Shown here one piece after another: positions 47,613 to 59,800 of a stretch of 64,000 nucleotides of DNA. The notes under the pieces are model-generated. The model was not told the DNA's origin. It ran no database searches and saw only the letters and a list, made by a program, of their open reading frames with translations. The position numbers and the translations under genes were made by a program. Origin of the DNA: Eledone cirrhosa (Eukaryota); assembly GCA_964016885.1 (NCBI GenBank), contig OZ024741.1, positions 374,604,001 to 374,668,000 on the forward strand, given 5' to 3'. How positions within the stretch are numbered: the first letter of the stretch is position 1; every line of letters begins with the position of its first letter.

Positions 47613-50600
47613 TATGTAGATTCCCAAATTGCGTCGAGGTAAGGTACTCAATGCATTGGTAGAGTAAGGCATTTTTTATTTTATATAGAAATGACGCTTC
47701 CAGGTCTAGTCCAGTAGAGGCCATTTCTCTACAAAATAATGTCTGTGTGTGTATTAAACTGACTTACAATACACAAATACTTAAAGAAGTAATTAAAAAA
47801 ATTGTCCTATTTTATGAAAATGAAAATCCTGTTAAGAACACCATAATTATATATACGTATATGTATGAAATGTGTGCGTCCCAACGCAAATGACTATAAT
47901 AATAGTCAATCACTATATATATATATATGAGACACGGTCACCCGACCAATCTTGCCTCAAGTAGGACAATTCCCGTCTAACCCATGCTAGCGTGGAAGAT
48001 AGACGTTAAACGATGATGTTTACGATCTGAGTTCAAATCCTGCCGAGGTTGACTTTGCCTTTCATCCTTACAGGGTCGATAAAATAAAGTACCAGTAATG
48101 CACTGGGTATTTGCTGGCCTTGTGCCTAAAGTAGAAACAATTATATATATATATATATATGGATATATCGACATAACTACCTCACCCACCGACTCTGTTT
48201 TTTTCAAAACTTTTAAAATAATGCATATTTTTAAATGAAAATTTGAAGAGATACGATTATGTTAAGTAAAATTAAATAAAATGTTCCACAATTTATTGTA
48301 AAAATAACATCCCGGTCTTTAATGTTATAATATTATCCTGATTGATTAATTGATGTTCATTATGAACGTGAAATTGGAAGGCATGATGAAAACATTTCTG
48401 AGTTTAAGTTCAGCCTACTACAGACTGAAATCGAAAGTATTCTGTAAATGGAATTATTGACAAACGGAACTATGTACAATAATGGAAAAAATTTAAGAAA
48501 ATCAAATTAACCTAATCTTAATCTACTTAATGGAAAACGTATCTCGGTAAAATTTCATTAAATAATATGCATTATTATGAAAGATATGAGGAGACAAAAT
48601 CGATGGGTTCACTAAATTAATTCTGGTGATACATCGACGTGTATAAAAATACAAACACACAGATGTAAATAACACGCCACTGTAAACATGTTAATCCTTT
48701 AGATGTTACAAACACGTGTTAAAACAACTCGCAGATACCGTTATTATTGAATCCTAACTCATTTTGTTGAACAAACACCCTACCAACATTTAGTTGAACA
48801 TAACCCGATTCATACCCTACTTTAATACCAACGTTAAAGTTACTGACTGCTAAAAAACAACAACAATAAACAGCTTTCTTGGGTCACGCTAGTCTCAATA
48901 TCATAAACCACTTGAAAGATTCCAACAACTAAAAGACGTATATTGTGGATCCAAAGTTGATGGAGATGGTTTTAGAAAATCAGTACCTACCTTTCTATAA
49001 GGCAACCTCAAATATTGAATGTTTAGTATGTACAAATAGGACAACAACTGTTTGTAGGTTGAATATACGTATACAGGCTGCTAGATATACATGAAAGGAC
49101 AGAGTGGTTTATGTGAGGGTAGTAGTAGTTAGTGTGTGTGTATGTGTTGTGTGCAGTGGGGGAGAAAGAGAGAAATAGTATTTTTATTGTGTGTGTGTGT
49201 GTGTGAGAGAGAGATAAAGAGAGAAAAATATATGTATAGAGAGGACATGTTTGCGTGTTGATGTGTGAGGGGAGGAAAAAGAAAAGTAGAGCTTTGAATA
49301 TGACAATCAGACAAGAAAATTAAATGATTGCGATGATAAATGTTCAAATTTAGCCGAACAAATTTCTGGGTATGCTTTACAACGGAATGTCGACCATAAG
49401 GTTTCTGTATCTCAACAAATATACTCTATATTTTCTTATCAAGGTTCTAGTTTATTTAACAACTCTTGAGATAAGACACTAAACTATTTTTCTCTATTTT
49501 ATATTCAGCAGGTTTGTAAGGTCAACAATCTAATCTCTCCGTTTAATTTGTTTAAAATAAATGTCAGCAACAGTATTAAAATAGAATTGACCAACATAAA
49601 AATGAATGTTATGGCTACAAAGTGCTGTCCAGTGATTTAGAACCACAAAGGGGGTTAAAGGGGCCACACTTGTTATATTGGCGGATTGATGTGTTTTGGA
49701 GAGAAAAAACATTTTCATTTGACATATATTTACTTTTGTTCCAACTGAAAGTCAGAAACGTTGTGTTTTAACATACACGAGGAGGGAGTCCTGTGAGGTG
49801 GGGTGGCTGTTGCAGTGGGTGTCTCTGGCCATTTTCCGCGGTAACGCCTTTGCCATTTTGTACGCGGAGCATGGCTGAGGCACTGCTCAGACTGGGATGC
49901 AGTGTCTGTCTCTCTTCTCCTTTGCTTTCGTTGCTTGATCCCTTTTTCTTTTTCTTCTTTTCATTTCATTTCTTTTGTTTCCTTTAATAACTGTTTCTAC
50001 TTTAGGCACAAGGCCAGCAATTACCCAGTGCATTACTTTTAATAACTTGTTTTGTTTTGAATAAACAGCTTTGTAAAATAAAATTTAAAATTAATAAAAA
50101 ACAAAAGAATTACAAGTGCTTCCTTATCAATATTGAACTTGTCTATATAATGCATGTCTGTCTATAAGATCAATTTTAAAATAGTTTCAGTAATGAGAAA
50201 TGGACTATGTCCTCTGAATTTTGGCAGGGTCGCTATGACTAGTGTAAGTGACACGGTTGTTTCTCACTTTAATTATCTGTAGATTGGCAGTGTCGGTAGA
50301 GGGTCGGACGCCATGCTTTGACACATAGAGTTACGGCCCTTGCCATTCTGAGTTCAAACCCCGCCGAGGTTAACTTTGCCTTTCATCCTTACAGGGTCGA
50401 TAAAATAAAGTACCAGTAATACACTGGTGAATTGCTGGCCTTGTGCCAAAAGTAGAAACAATTATCTGTAATACGAGAAGGGTGGTAGATTGACACCATC
50501 GATACAATGTTGGATACAATACTTTACAGTGTTTAGTTACGGCATTCTACGTTCTAAGCTCAAATCCAGCCGAGGTTAACTTTGTGTTTTATAGTTCTGT

Positions 50601-50628
50601 GGTCGATAAAATAAAATATCAGTAACGC

Positions 50629-50893
50629 GGAGAGGAAGAGCTAACTAAATACCTATCCTTTCGTGCCCGGTCGCAGTCGTAACCTCATTTGTTCTCGGTC
50701 TCCGAGCTGCCATTTTAGGAGAGGAAGAGTTAACTAAATACCTACCTTTTCGTGCCCGGTCGCAGTCGTAACCTCATTTGTTCTCGGTCTCCGAGCTGCC
50801 ATTTTAGGAGAGGAAGAGTTAACTAAATACTTACCTTTTCGTGCCAAAAGTCGTCGTAACCTCGTGTGTTCTCGGTCTCCGAATTGCCATTTT
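50629..50893. repeat. 89-bp tandem repeat, 3 copies
   Basis: AGAGGAAGAG anchors at 50631, 50720 and 50809. Confidence 0.9.
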
Positions 50894-52216
50894 CCTCCGC
50901 AAAATCGGGAAGAGTGCATTCTTCCAGAAGAAGGATCCCGTGAGGTGGAATTGCTGATACAGCGGCTGTCACTTAGTTGTTCTCCGCAGCAAGGCCTTTA
51001 CCATTTTGTCCACAGGGCGCAGCTGAAACATACAGACTTTTGCTACTTAATTTTTTCCTTTTCATGTTTTTTCTTTCTATTGTACAGTTTTATGTTAATG
51101 GCATAACTGAGACTTCTGCTGTCATTGGCCCTCGGGTCACCTCCCTACTCACCACCATCGGCACAGAGTTGGCTACCCGCAGGTGTAAGCTTCGCGAGCT
51201 GGAATGGCTCTTCTAGCGCGTTCCTCCCGCCATCCTCCGGAGAAACGCCTTCTCTATTCTGTCCGTCGGGGGCGGGCCAGCGAATGGGCGGGTCAGCGCT
51301 TGGGCGAGCCCCCATTTGTTCTTATTAGTGAGAGATGGTGAGAGTAGGAGAGATGAAGGCAGTGACAGTGGGCGTTTGGTTCCTTTGTGTTCGAACCTGG
51401 TGTATATGTATGTTTCACACTTGACATATGTTTATGAATGACAGGGTATATGTGTATAAAGTCACGGTAAAAAATATCAGAAATGCTGTTATTTCATGAA
51501 TGGAAGAGAGCAACCTGAAGTTTTGCTACTTAACCCTTTAGCATTTAAACCGGTCATAGCCGGCCAGAACTTGCTCACCTCTTTCTGTTCAAACTGGCTG
51601 TTCATACCTACATTAAGGTGTCGTTCTTAAAATAGATAACATCAAAATCTCGTAGATTCGATATTATGTGAGATAATTATGTAAGATAAAGCCTTTACTG
51701 TGAACATACAATAGTAAACATAGAATAATGTAAATGCTAAAGGGTTAAACTACATTTGATTTGATCAACTTTGTCCTCCCACCAAATTTGCTGGTCCTGT
51801 GCCTAAATTAGAAATCAATATTTGTAAGTCAACGTTTAAAGATGAAAACTTCAGGAGGTTAACGGTCCAGGGAAGCAGGTGACGTGAGAAAGCGATGGGA
51901 GTGTGATGGAGCTATCTAGTATAGAGTCTGTAATATATCTTATAAAGGGACTCTAAATTAAAATCTTAGCATTTTAATAAAATGATAATTATTTTTATGA
52001 AACTAACAGCATATTTGAAGGAGCAATGTTATGACGTGGCAAGGGTTCACAACTCCAGAGAGTAAAGACACATTTGACGCTTAATAGGCCAGTTGAAAAT
52101 TTACAGTTTTTGATATGTGTTCGGGGAAACTTCCCTCTATGCCCTCCTTTGTTACACATACAGATTAGCTAGCGGGTGTTGGGGAAGAGAGGGTTATTGA
52201 AACGAGCACAAGAACG

Positions 52217-52496
52217 CTCAGTTGCTGAAGCATGGAACAAACTACCTGCACCAGTTGTTAGAAGTCGGGACACTGAAACCTTCAAAACTTCCATACTTCC
52301 CGAAATTCGCCAACACCACACCTGATATTCCCCTCCATACACACGCACGCATGTGTATGTGTCCGTGTGTATATCATGACTCACACACGGTTCACTTTCC
52401 TGACATTTGTACATTATTTTATGTATTATACATGCACCTTTGATGAGTTGTAGTGCACCTGAGCACAGTACACAACAATTTTCATTATTTTATTAT
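52217..52496 (+). mobile_element. CR1 LINE 3' terminal fragment
   Basis: GTTGCTGAAGCATGGAACAAACTACCTGC... and 3' UTR shared with the two longer CR1 copies. Confidence 0.85.
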
Positions 52497-53817
52497 ATAC
52501 CAGGGCGGTGGATTGGCAGTATCGGTAGAAGGTCGGACACCATGCTTTGCAGAATAGAGTTACGGCTCTTTATGATCTGAGTTGAAATCCCGCCGAGGTT
52601 ATCTTTGCCTTTCATCCTTACGGGGTCAATAAAATAAAGCACTAGTCCCGCACTAGGGGTCGATTTAATCGACTTTTCTCTCCTCCCAAAATTGCTGGCC
52701 TTGTGCCTATATAAGAAACCATTATTTTATTAAATACCTGGACGGTGGATTGGCAGTATCAGTAGAGAGTCGGAAACCATGCTTTGCAGCATAGAGTTAC
52801 GGTCCTTTACGGCCTGAGTTCAAATCCCGCCGAGGTTAACTTTGCTTTCATCCTTAAGGGGTCGATAAAATAAAGCACCAGTAACGTACTGGGGTAGATT
52901 TAATCGACTCTCCCCAAATTACTGGCATTGTACCTATACTAGAAATCATTATCTTATTTATTAAGGCGGTGGATTGGCAGTATCGGTAGAGGGTCGGACG
53001 CCATGCTTTGAAGCATAGAGTTTCCCCCCCTGTATGATCTGAGTTCAAATTCCGTCGAGGTTAACTTTGCCTCTCATCCTTACGGGGTCGATAAAATAAA
53101 GTACCACTGACCTTGTGCCGGAGGTAGAAACAATTATTTTATTATATACTACTATTTATTATTTTACCTAAAGCCATTGGTAGAGTGTCGGACAACATGG
53201 CGAGATAGTGTTATACCTTTTACATTCTGAGTTCAAATCCCGCCAAACTCCTATCAGGTGAGATTGATAAAATAAAGCACCAATAATGCACTGGGGGTCG
53301 ATTTAATCAACCTTTCCCTTTCCCCAAAATTGTTAACCTTGCTCCTACGTCAGAAACCATTATTTTACCTAAAGCTTGTGTAACATGTTTCTCCTGGATT
53401 GTTAACACTTAACTTTAGATTCAATTATGAATTTTTCAAATATGAGTCATCTTCTTTCGATATTGTTATTGGTTCATCAAACCTGGATTTAGGACAACGT
53501 TGTATTTCTGATGCGGATTTTGTTAGGACACCGGTCTATCATCGGATTAACTTCCCAGCTATTGCTGGTACTCACTCTCAGCTGAGTGTACTGGAGCAAC
53601 GGGAAATAAAGTGTTTTGCTCAAGAACACAACACAGCAGTCTGTCCATTATTACAATCATAAGTCAAACATCCTGGAGATAAACTAGGAGAGATTATCAG
53701 GGGCGGTGGAACTAGGTGGTAGGGGAGGAGGTCTATGCCCCTCCCAATAATTATATATTTTCTCCCCAATCTACCAAAACACATCTATTTGTATATACGC
53801 TACAATTTATGTACATG

Positions 53818-54285
53818 TTTAGTGAATTGGCCATAGGGTTATTCACTCCAGTAAATACCACTACATGCCAACCACTAATTTAATTTGTTTAGAAGATGTG
53901 AAAGAAATGATGATGTAGTAACTGAAACATGACGAATACTTCAGAAAAGTGTATCAGTAACGATTTGCATTTATTGAAGTAGCTTGTTACAATTTTAGTA
54001 ATGAAACGTACCTCGTGCCATGATGTGGTGTAACCCTGAGATATAGGATAGGAAAAGGTTTAGCATCTGTGCTTGGTGTGGTCAGTTCTAGAGCCGTTGG
54101 TGAAAGAGAGTATAACTTTGGCGAGACCATGCCTGGCCTTAAGGCCAGGCAGCCAAGAGGTGGAAAAGAGGTAGATTGTCCTTTGCTCCTTCTTTTATAA
54201 TTTCTGAAACGGAAGTTCAAGGAGTATTCTAGAAATTCCACGAGAAGTAACTTTGGCTACTTCCCTTTGTCTAGAGAGCGCTACA
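53818..54285 (-). repeat. 3' LTR
   Basis: Direct repeat of 56283-56710; preceded on the minus strand by a polypurine tract. Confidence 0.9.
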
Positions 54286-54288
54286 AGA

Positions 54289-54298
54289 CTCCCCTCTC
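54289..54298 (-). promoter_or_regulatory. Polypurine tract of the LTR element
   Basis: GAGAGGGGAG 3 nt upstream of the 3' LTR TGTAGC start. Confidence 0.75.
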
Positions 54299-55019
54299 AG
54301 ACGAGAAGTCGAATAACCAGCCGAAGGTCATTGTAGCCTGAACCCGTAAGAAATGAGGAGCAAAGCAAAGGTACAAGAAGGTGCATGAATAAAACATAAG
54401 CTCGCAACTGAAGCAAATAGCAACAAAAAAAAGCACAAAACAAGTAAATGCATTTGACAAAGAAAAAATGTAAATGTAACAAAACTGATAATTCAAAGTT
54501 AACATAAAGGAGCAGAGAAAAAATGAATGCTCAATGGTAAGTTCAAAGTTTCTTAAAGAAAAATAGTTCATACATCACTAGTGTGAAAACGCTGAAAAAG
54601 AGCACATTAATCAAAAATATGAATGAATGAATGAATGAATGAATGAGACGCTAAGAGGCCAGTGTTATGTATGCCGCTGTGTCAAATGATTGGCTGTTTG
54701 CTATTTATAACATGACCACCTAGGGTCTAATAGAAAACAAATAAAGTCTGACATGAGCGAACATGTGCAAAATGTTTTCAAAGTTGCTGTTCTTGCATTA
54801 ATTGTTATAAAAGTTGTTGTTGGCAGTGGCGGCGGTAAAAGTATGAAACTACCACTTCTGTTTTGTTGCTGTGAAATCGCCGTTGGTGTTGTGGCAAATG
54901 TTTTATCAGTAGCTGTTGTTGATGATGATGCTGTTCATGTCCAACGATTCCAAGGTAGGTTGGTCAGTTGCAATGGCAACTAAATCGATATGTGCAGGAG
55001 ATGCAAGAGAACACACAGA

Positions 55020-55474
55020 AAGCCGAGATAGTGCGTCCGCAGGTATGTTGGAAGTTCCAGCTATGTTCTCGGAGAGTACTTGTCGGACTTGGATTGTAAA
55101 GCGAACGTTAACGGTTTGTGGTCCGTGAATATCGTGAACTCCCGCCCCTCCAAAAGGTGGTGGAAGTGCTTCACGGCAAAATAAATCGCCAAAAGTTCTC
55201 TGTCAAAGGTGCTGTATCTCTGTTCTGCTGGTTTTAATTCGCGAGAGAAAAATGCCAATGGTTGAACTTGGTGATCGATTACATGATGCAAAACTGCGCC
55301 AACAGCACGATTAGATGCATCAACAGATAAGGAAAGTCTCGCATTTGCAACAGGATGGGCAAGGAAGGAAACTTTAGCTAGCTCAGACTTGATGGATTTA
55401 AAAGACTGCAATGCATCGGCAGAAAGTGAAATTTTTTCATCTTTCGTTTTCGCAGCCCTTAAAAACTGTGTCAA
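55020..55474 (-). pseudogene. Gypsy pol remnant: RT connection plus RNase H (Ty3 type)
   Basis: LSVDASNRAVGAVL...PLAFFSRELKPAEQRYSTFDRELLAIYFAVKHF..LEGREFTIFTDHKPL; a deletion/frameshift joins YSPR to HIAGTSNIPADALSR. Confidence 0.88.
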
Positions 55475-56265
55475 GGGGAAATGTCCAGATAAGTTTCTTT
55501 TAAGTAGCTAACCGCAGTACGAACTTGCATAAAAATGCCCAGCAAGAGACGTCAATTTATGACGCAAGGTGTCGCAATTTTTTTACTGGCATTAATAAAG
55601 TAGTTCGTGGCCGAACTATACTTTGAGATGAATAGCAATGAGTGTGTTGGTAAAATCCACCGCGCGGGAAAATGACGAAATCAGGAAGACAAGATGGCCG
55701 ATAATGAAAGCAAATAGAGCAAAAGACGCCATTTTGAATTTTTTTCGGTGAATAATGAAAAAGACTTGGTGGAAAGAGTAAGCAATAGTTGAAATTCAGC
55801 AAAAATAAATATTCATATTGAAATGTGTAAAAAAAAAGTACATTTTTTTTGTTTTTTTTTCTTTTTAAATTTTCGTTGTAAGAAGAAACGAAAAACATAT
55901 ATACATCCAGTGAAATGCGACACATAGTTGATGTACGACACGTGCGTGAAAGGCAACATTTTCTGTTTATTTTGCTTGCTGAGAAAACATTTTTTATGAT
56001 ATGTTCGTTATAAGATTGTATACGGAGAGAAATCCATGTCTAAGGCGGTCGGAGGGATTTCTTAGTCCGAAAAAAATATATCACGTTAGGTGAGAGAAAA
56101 AGAGTCTGTCTGAACGAGAATTTCACATGTGCGTGTGTTCGTTTCTGTGTCTGCGTATTTTTCCTAGTTTGTTAATAAAGTTGCTGCGTGTTCTAAATGT
56201 TGGTCGACACATTCCAACGAAAATGGGGTAACCATTTTTTAAAAACTAGTTGAAGTATATCGTCC

Positions 56266-56281
56266 CACGTCGGGTTCACCA
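56266..56281 (-). promoter_or_regulatory. Primer-binding site, tRNA-Trp-like
   Basis: TGGTGAACCCGACGTG immediately inside the 5' LTR; one mismatch to the tRNA-Trp PBS TGGTGACCCCGACGTG as recalled. Confidence 0.7.
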
Positions 56282-56282
56282 G

Positions 56283-56710
56283 TTTAGTGTAATTGGCCAT
56301 AGGGTTATTCACTCCAGTAAATACCACTACATGCCAACCGCTAATTTAATTTGTTTAGAAGATGTGAAAGAAATGATGATGTAGTAATTGAAACATGACG
56401 AATACTTCAGAAAAGTGTATCAGTAACGATTTGCATTTATTGAAGTAGCTTGTTACAATTTTGGTAGTGAAACGTGATGTGGTGTAACCCTGAGATATAG
56501 GATAGGAAAAGGTTTAGCATCTGTGCTTGGTGTGGTCAGTTCCAGAGCCGTTGGTGAAAGAGAGTATACCATGCCTGGCCTTAAGGACAGGCAGCCAAGA
56601 GATGATAAAGAGGTAAATTGTCCTTTGCTCCTTCAGAAGTTCAAATAGTATTCTAGAAATTCCACGGGAAGTAACTTTGGCTACTTCCCTTTTGTCTAGA
56701 GAGCGCTACA
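56283..56710 (-). repeat. 5' LTR
   Basis: Direct repeat of 53818-54285 with three short deletions; followed on the minus strand by the PBS. Confidence 0.9.
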
Positions 56711-56874
56711 CATGTTATGTTTATTGCATATCGAAGTTTTTTTTATATCTTGGTTGATATTTGATAATAACAGCTAAACTAATAACTACAACTAAATTGA
56801 CCAAATTTGGTCCCTTACCCAATTCAGAAATGCTTTCACCGCCCTTGATTGTTTATGATTATGAGACCTCATAT

Positions 56875-59800
56875 GCTACTATGTAGTACTTAGTATGTAG
56901 TACCTAGTATGTAATACCTAGTATGTGTAGCTAGTATGTAGTACCTTGTATGTAGTACCTAGTATGTAGTACCTAGTATGTAGTACCTAGTATGTAGTAC
57001 CTTGTATGTAGTACATTGTGTGTAGTACCTAGTATGTGTACCTAGTATGTAGTACCTTGTATGTAGTACCTAGTATGTAGTACCTAGTATGTAGTACCTA
57101 GTATGTAGTACCTTGTATGTAGTACCTAGTATGTAGACCCTAGTTTGTAGTACCTAGTATGTAGTACCTAGTATGTAGTACCTAGTATGTAGTACCCAGT
57201 ATGTAGTACCTACTATGTAGTACTTTGTATGTAGTATCTATTATGTAGTACCTAGTATGTAGTACCTAATACGTAGTACCTAGTATGTAGTACCTAGGAC
57301 GTAGTACCTAGTATGTAGAACCGGGTATGTAGTACCTAGTATATAGTACTTTGTATGTAGTACCTAGTATGTAGTACCTAATATGTAGTATCTAGTATGC
57401 AGTAGCTTGTATGTAGTACCTTGTATGTAGTACCTAGTGTGTAGTACCTAGTATGTAGTACCTTGTATGTAGTACCTAGTATGTAGTACCTAGTATGTAG
57501 TACCTAGTATGTAGTACCTTGTATGTAGTACATTGTATGTAGTACCTTGTATGTAGTATTTAGTATGAAGTACCTAGTATGTAGTGCCTAGTATGTAGTA
57601 CCTTGTATGTAGTATCTAGTATGTAGTACCTAGTATGTAGTACCTTGTATGTAGTATCTAGTATGTAGTACCTAGTATGTAGTACCTTGTATGTAGTACC
57701 TAGTATGTAGTACCTTGTATGTAGTACCTAGTATGTAGTACCTAGTATGTAGTACCTAGTATGTAGTGCCTAGTATGTAGTACCTTGTATGTAGTATCTA
57801 GTATGTAGTACCTAGTATGTAGTAACATGTATGTAGTATCTAGTATGTAGTACCTAGTATGTAGTACCTTGTATGTAATACCTAGTATGTAGTACCTTGT
57901 ATGTAGTACCTAGTATGTAGTACCTAGTATGTAGTACCTAGTATGTAGTACCTAGTATGTAGTATTTTGTATGTAGTATCTAGAATGTAGTACCTAGTAT
58001 GTAGTACCTAATATGTAGACCCTAGTTTGTAGTACCTAGTATGTAGTACCTAGTATGTAGTACCTAGTATGTAGTACCTAGTATGTAGTACCCACTATGT
58101 ATTACCTAGTATGTAGTACCTTGTATGTAGTATCTAGTATGTAGTACCTACTACGTAGTACCTAGTACGTAGTACCTAGTATGTAGTACCTAGTACGTAG
58201 TACCTAGTATGTAGTACCGGGTATGTAGTACCTAGTATATAGTACCTTGTATGTAGCACCTAGTATGTAGTACCTAGTATGTAGTACCTAGTATGCAGTA
58301 GCTTGTATGTAGTACCATGTATGTAGTACCTAGTATGTAGTACCTACTATGTAGTACCTTGTATGTAGTACCTAGTATGTAGTACCTAGTATGTAGTACC
58401 TAGTATGTAGTACCTAGTATGTAGTACCTTGTATGTAGTACCTAGTATGTAGTACCTTGTATGTAGTATTTAGTATGAAGTACCTAGTATGTAGTGCCTA
58501 GTATGTAGTACCTTGTATGTAGTATCTAGTATGTAGTACCTAGTATGTAGTACCTTGTATCTAGTATCTAGTATGTAGCACCTAGTATGTAGTACCTAGT
58601 TTGTAGTACCTAGTATGTAGAACCTAGTATGTAGTACCTTGTATGTAGTATGTGGTACCTAGTATGTAGTACCTAGTATGTAGTACCTAGTATGTAGTAC
58701 CTTGTATGTAGTACCTAGTATGTAGTACCTAGTATGTAGTACCTAGTATGTAGTACCTAGTATTCAGTACCTTGTATGTAGTACCTTGTATGTAGTACCT
58801 AGTATGTAGTACCTAGTATGTAGTACCATGTATGTAGTACCTTGTATGTAGTACCTAGTATGTAGTACCTAATATGTAGTACCTAGTATGTAGTACCTAG
58901 TATGTAATACCTAGTATGTAGTACCTAGTATGTAGTACCTTGTATGTAGTACCTAGTATGTAGTACCTAGTATGTAGTACCTAGTATGTAGTACCCAGTA
59001 TGTAGTACCTACTATGCAGTACTTTGTATGTAGTATCTAGTATGTAGTACCTAGTATTTAGTACCTAGTACGTAGTACCTAGTATGTAATACCTAATATG
59101 GAATACCTAGTATGTAGTACCTTGTATGTAGTACCTAGTATCTAGTACCTAGTATGCAGTACCTTGTATGTAGTACCTTGTGTGTAGTACCTAGTATGTA
59201 GTACCTAGTATGTAGTACCTAGTATGTAGTACCTAGTATGTAGTACCTAGTATGTAGTACCTAGTAGGTAGTACCTAGTATGTAGTACCTAGTATATAGT
59301 ACCTTGTATGTAGTACCTAGGATGTAGTACCTAGTATGTAGTACCTAGTATGTAGTACCCAGTATGTAGTATCTACTATGTAGTACTTTGTATGTAGTAT
59401 CTAGTATGTAGTACCTAGTATGTAGTACCTAGTACGTAGTACCCAGTATGTAGCACCTAGTATGTAATACCTAGTATGTAGTACCTTGTATGTAGTACCT
59501 AGTATATAGTACCTAGTGTGTAGTACCTAGTATGTAGTACCTAGTATATAGTACCTAGTACGTAGTGCCTAGTATGTAGTACCTTGTATGTAGTATCTAG
59601 TATGTAGTACTAGTATGTAGTACCTTGTATGTAGTATCTAGTATGTAGTACCTAGTATGTAGTACCTAGTTTGTAGTACCTAGTATGTAGTACCTAGTAT
59701 GTAGTATCTAGTATGTAGTACCTAGTATGTAGTACCTAGTATGTAGTACCTAGTATGTAGAACCTAGTATGTAGTACCTTCTATGTAGTATGTAGTACTT

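Larger units (their letters stand above)
53818..56710 (-). mobile_element. Internally deleted Ty3/Gypsy LTR retrotransposon (about 2.9 kb)
   Basis: Two direct repeats 56283-56710 and 53818-54285 beginning TGTAGCG on the minus strand; PBS TGGTGAACCCGACGTG; PPT GAGAGGGGAG; CATG TSD at 53814-53817 and 56711-56714; Ty3-type RNase H ORF 55061-55474. Confidence 0.92.
53696..56849. mobile_element. Small TIR (hAT-like) MITE interrupted by the LTR element
   Basis: ATCAGGGGCGGTGGAA at 53696 versus reverse-complement ATCAAGGGCGGTGAAA ending at 56849; about 260 bp once the LTR element is removed; no clean 8-bp TSD. Confidence 0.5.
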
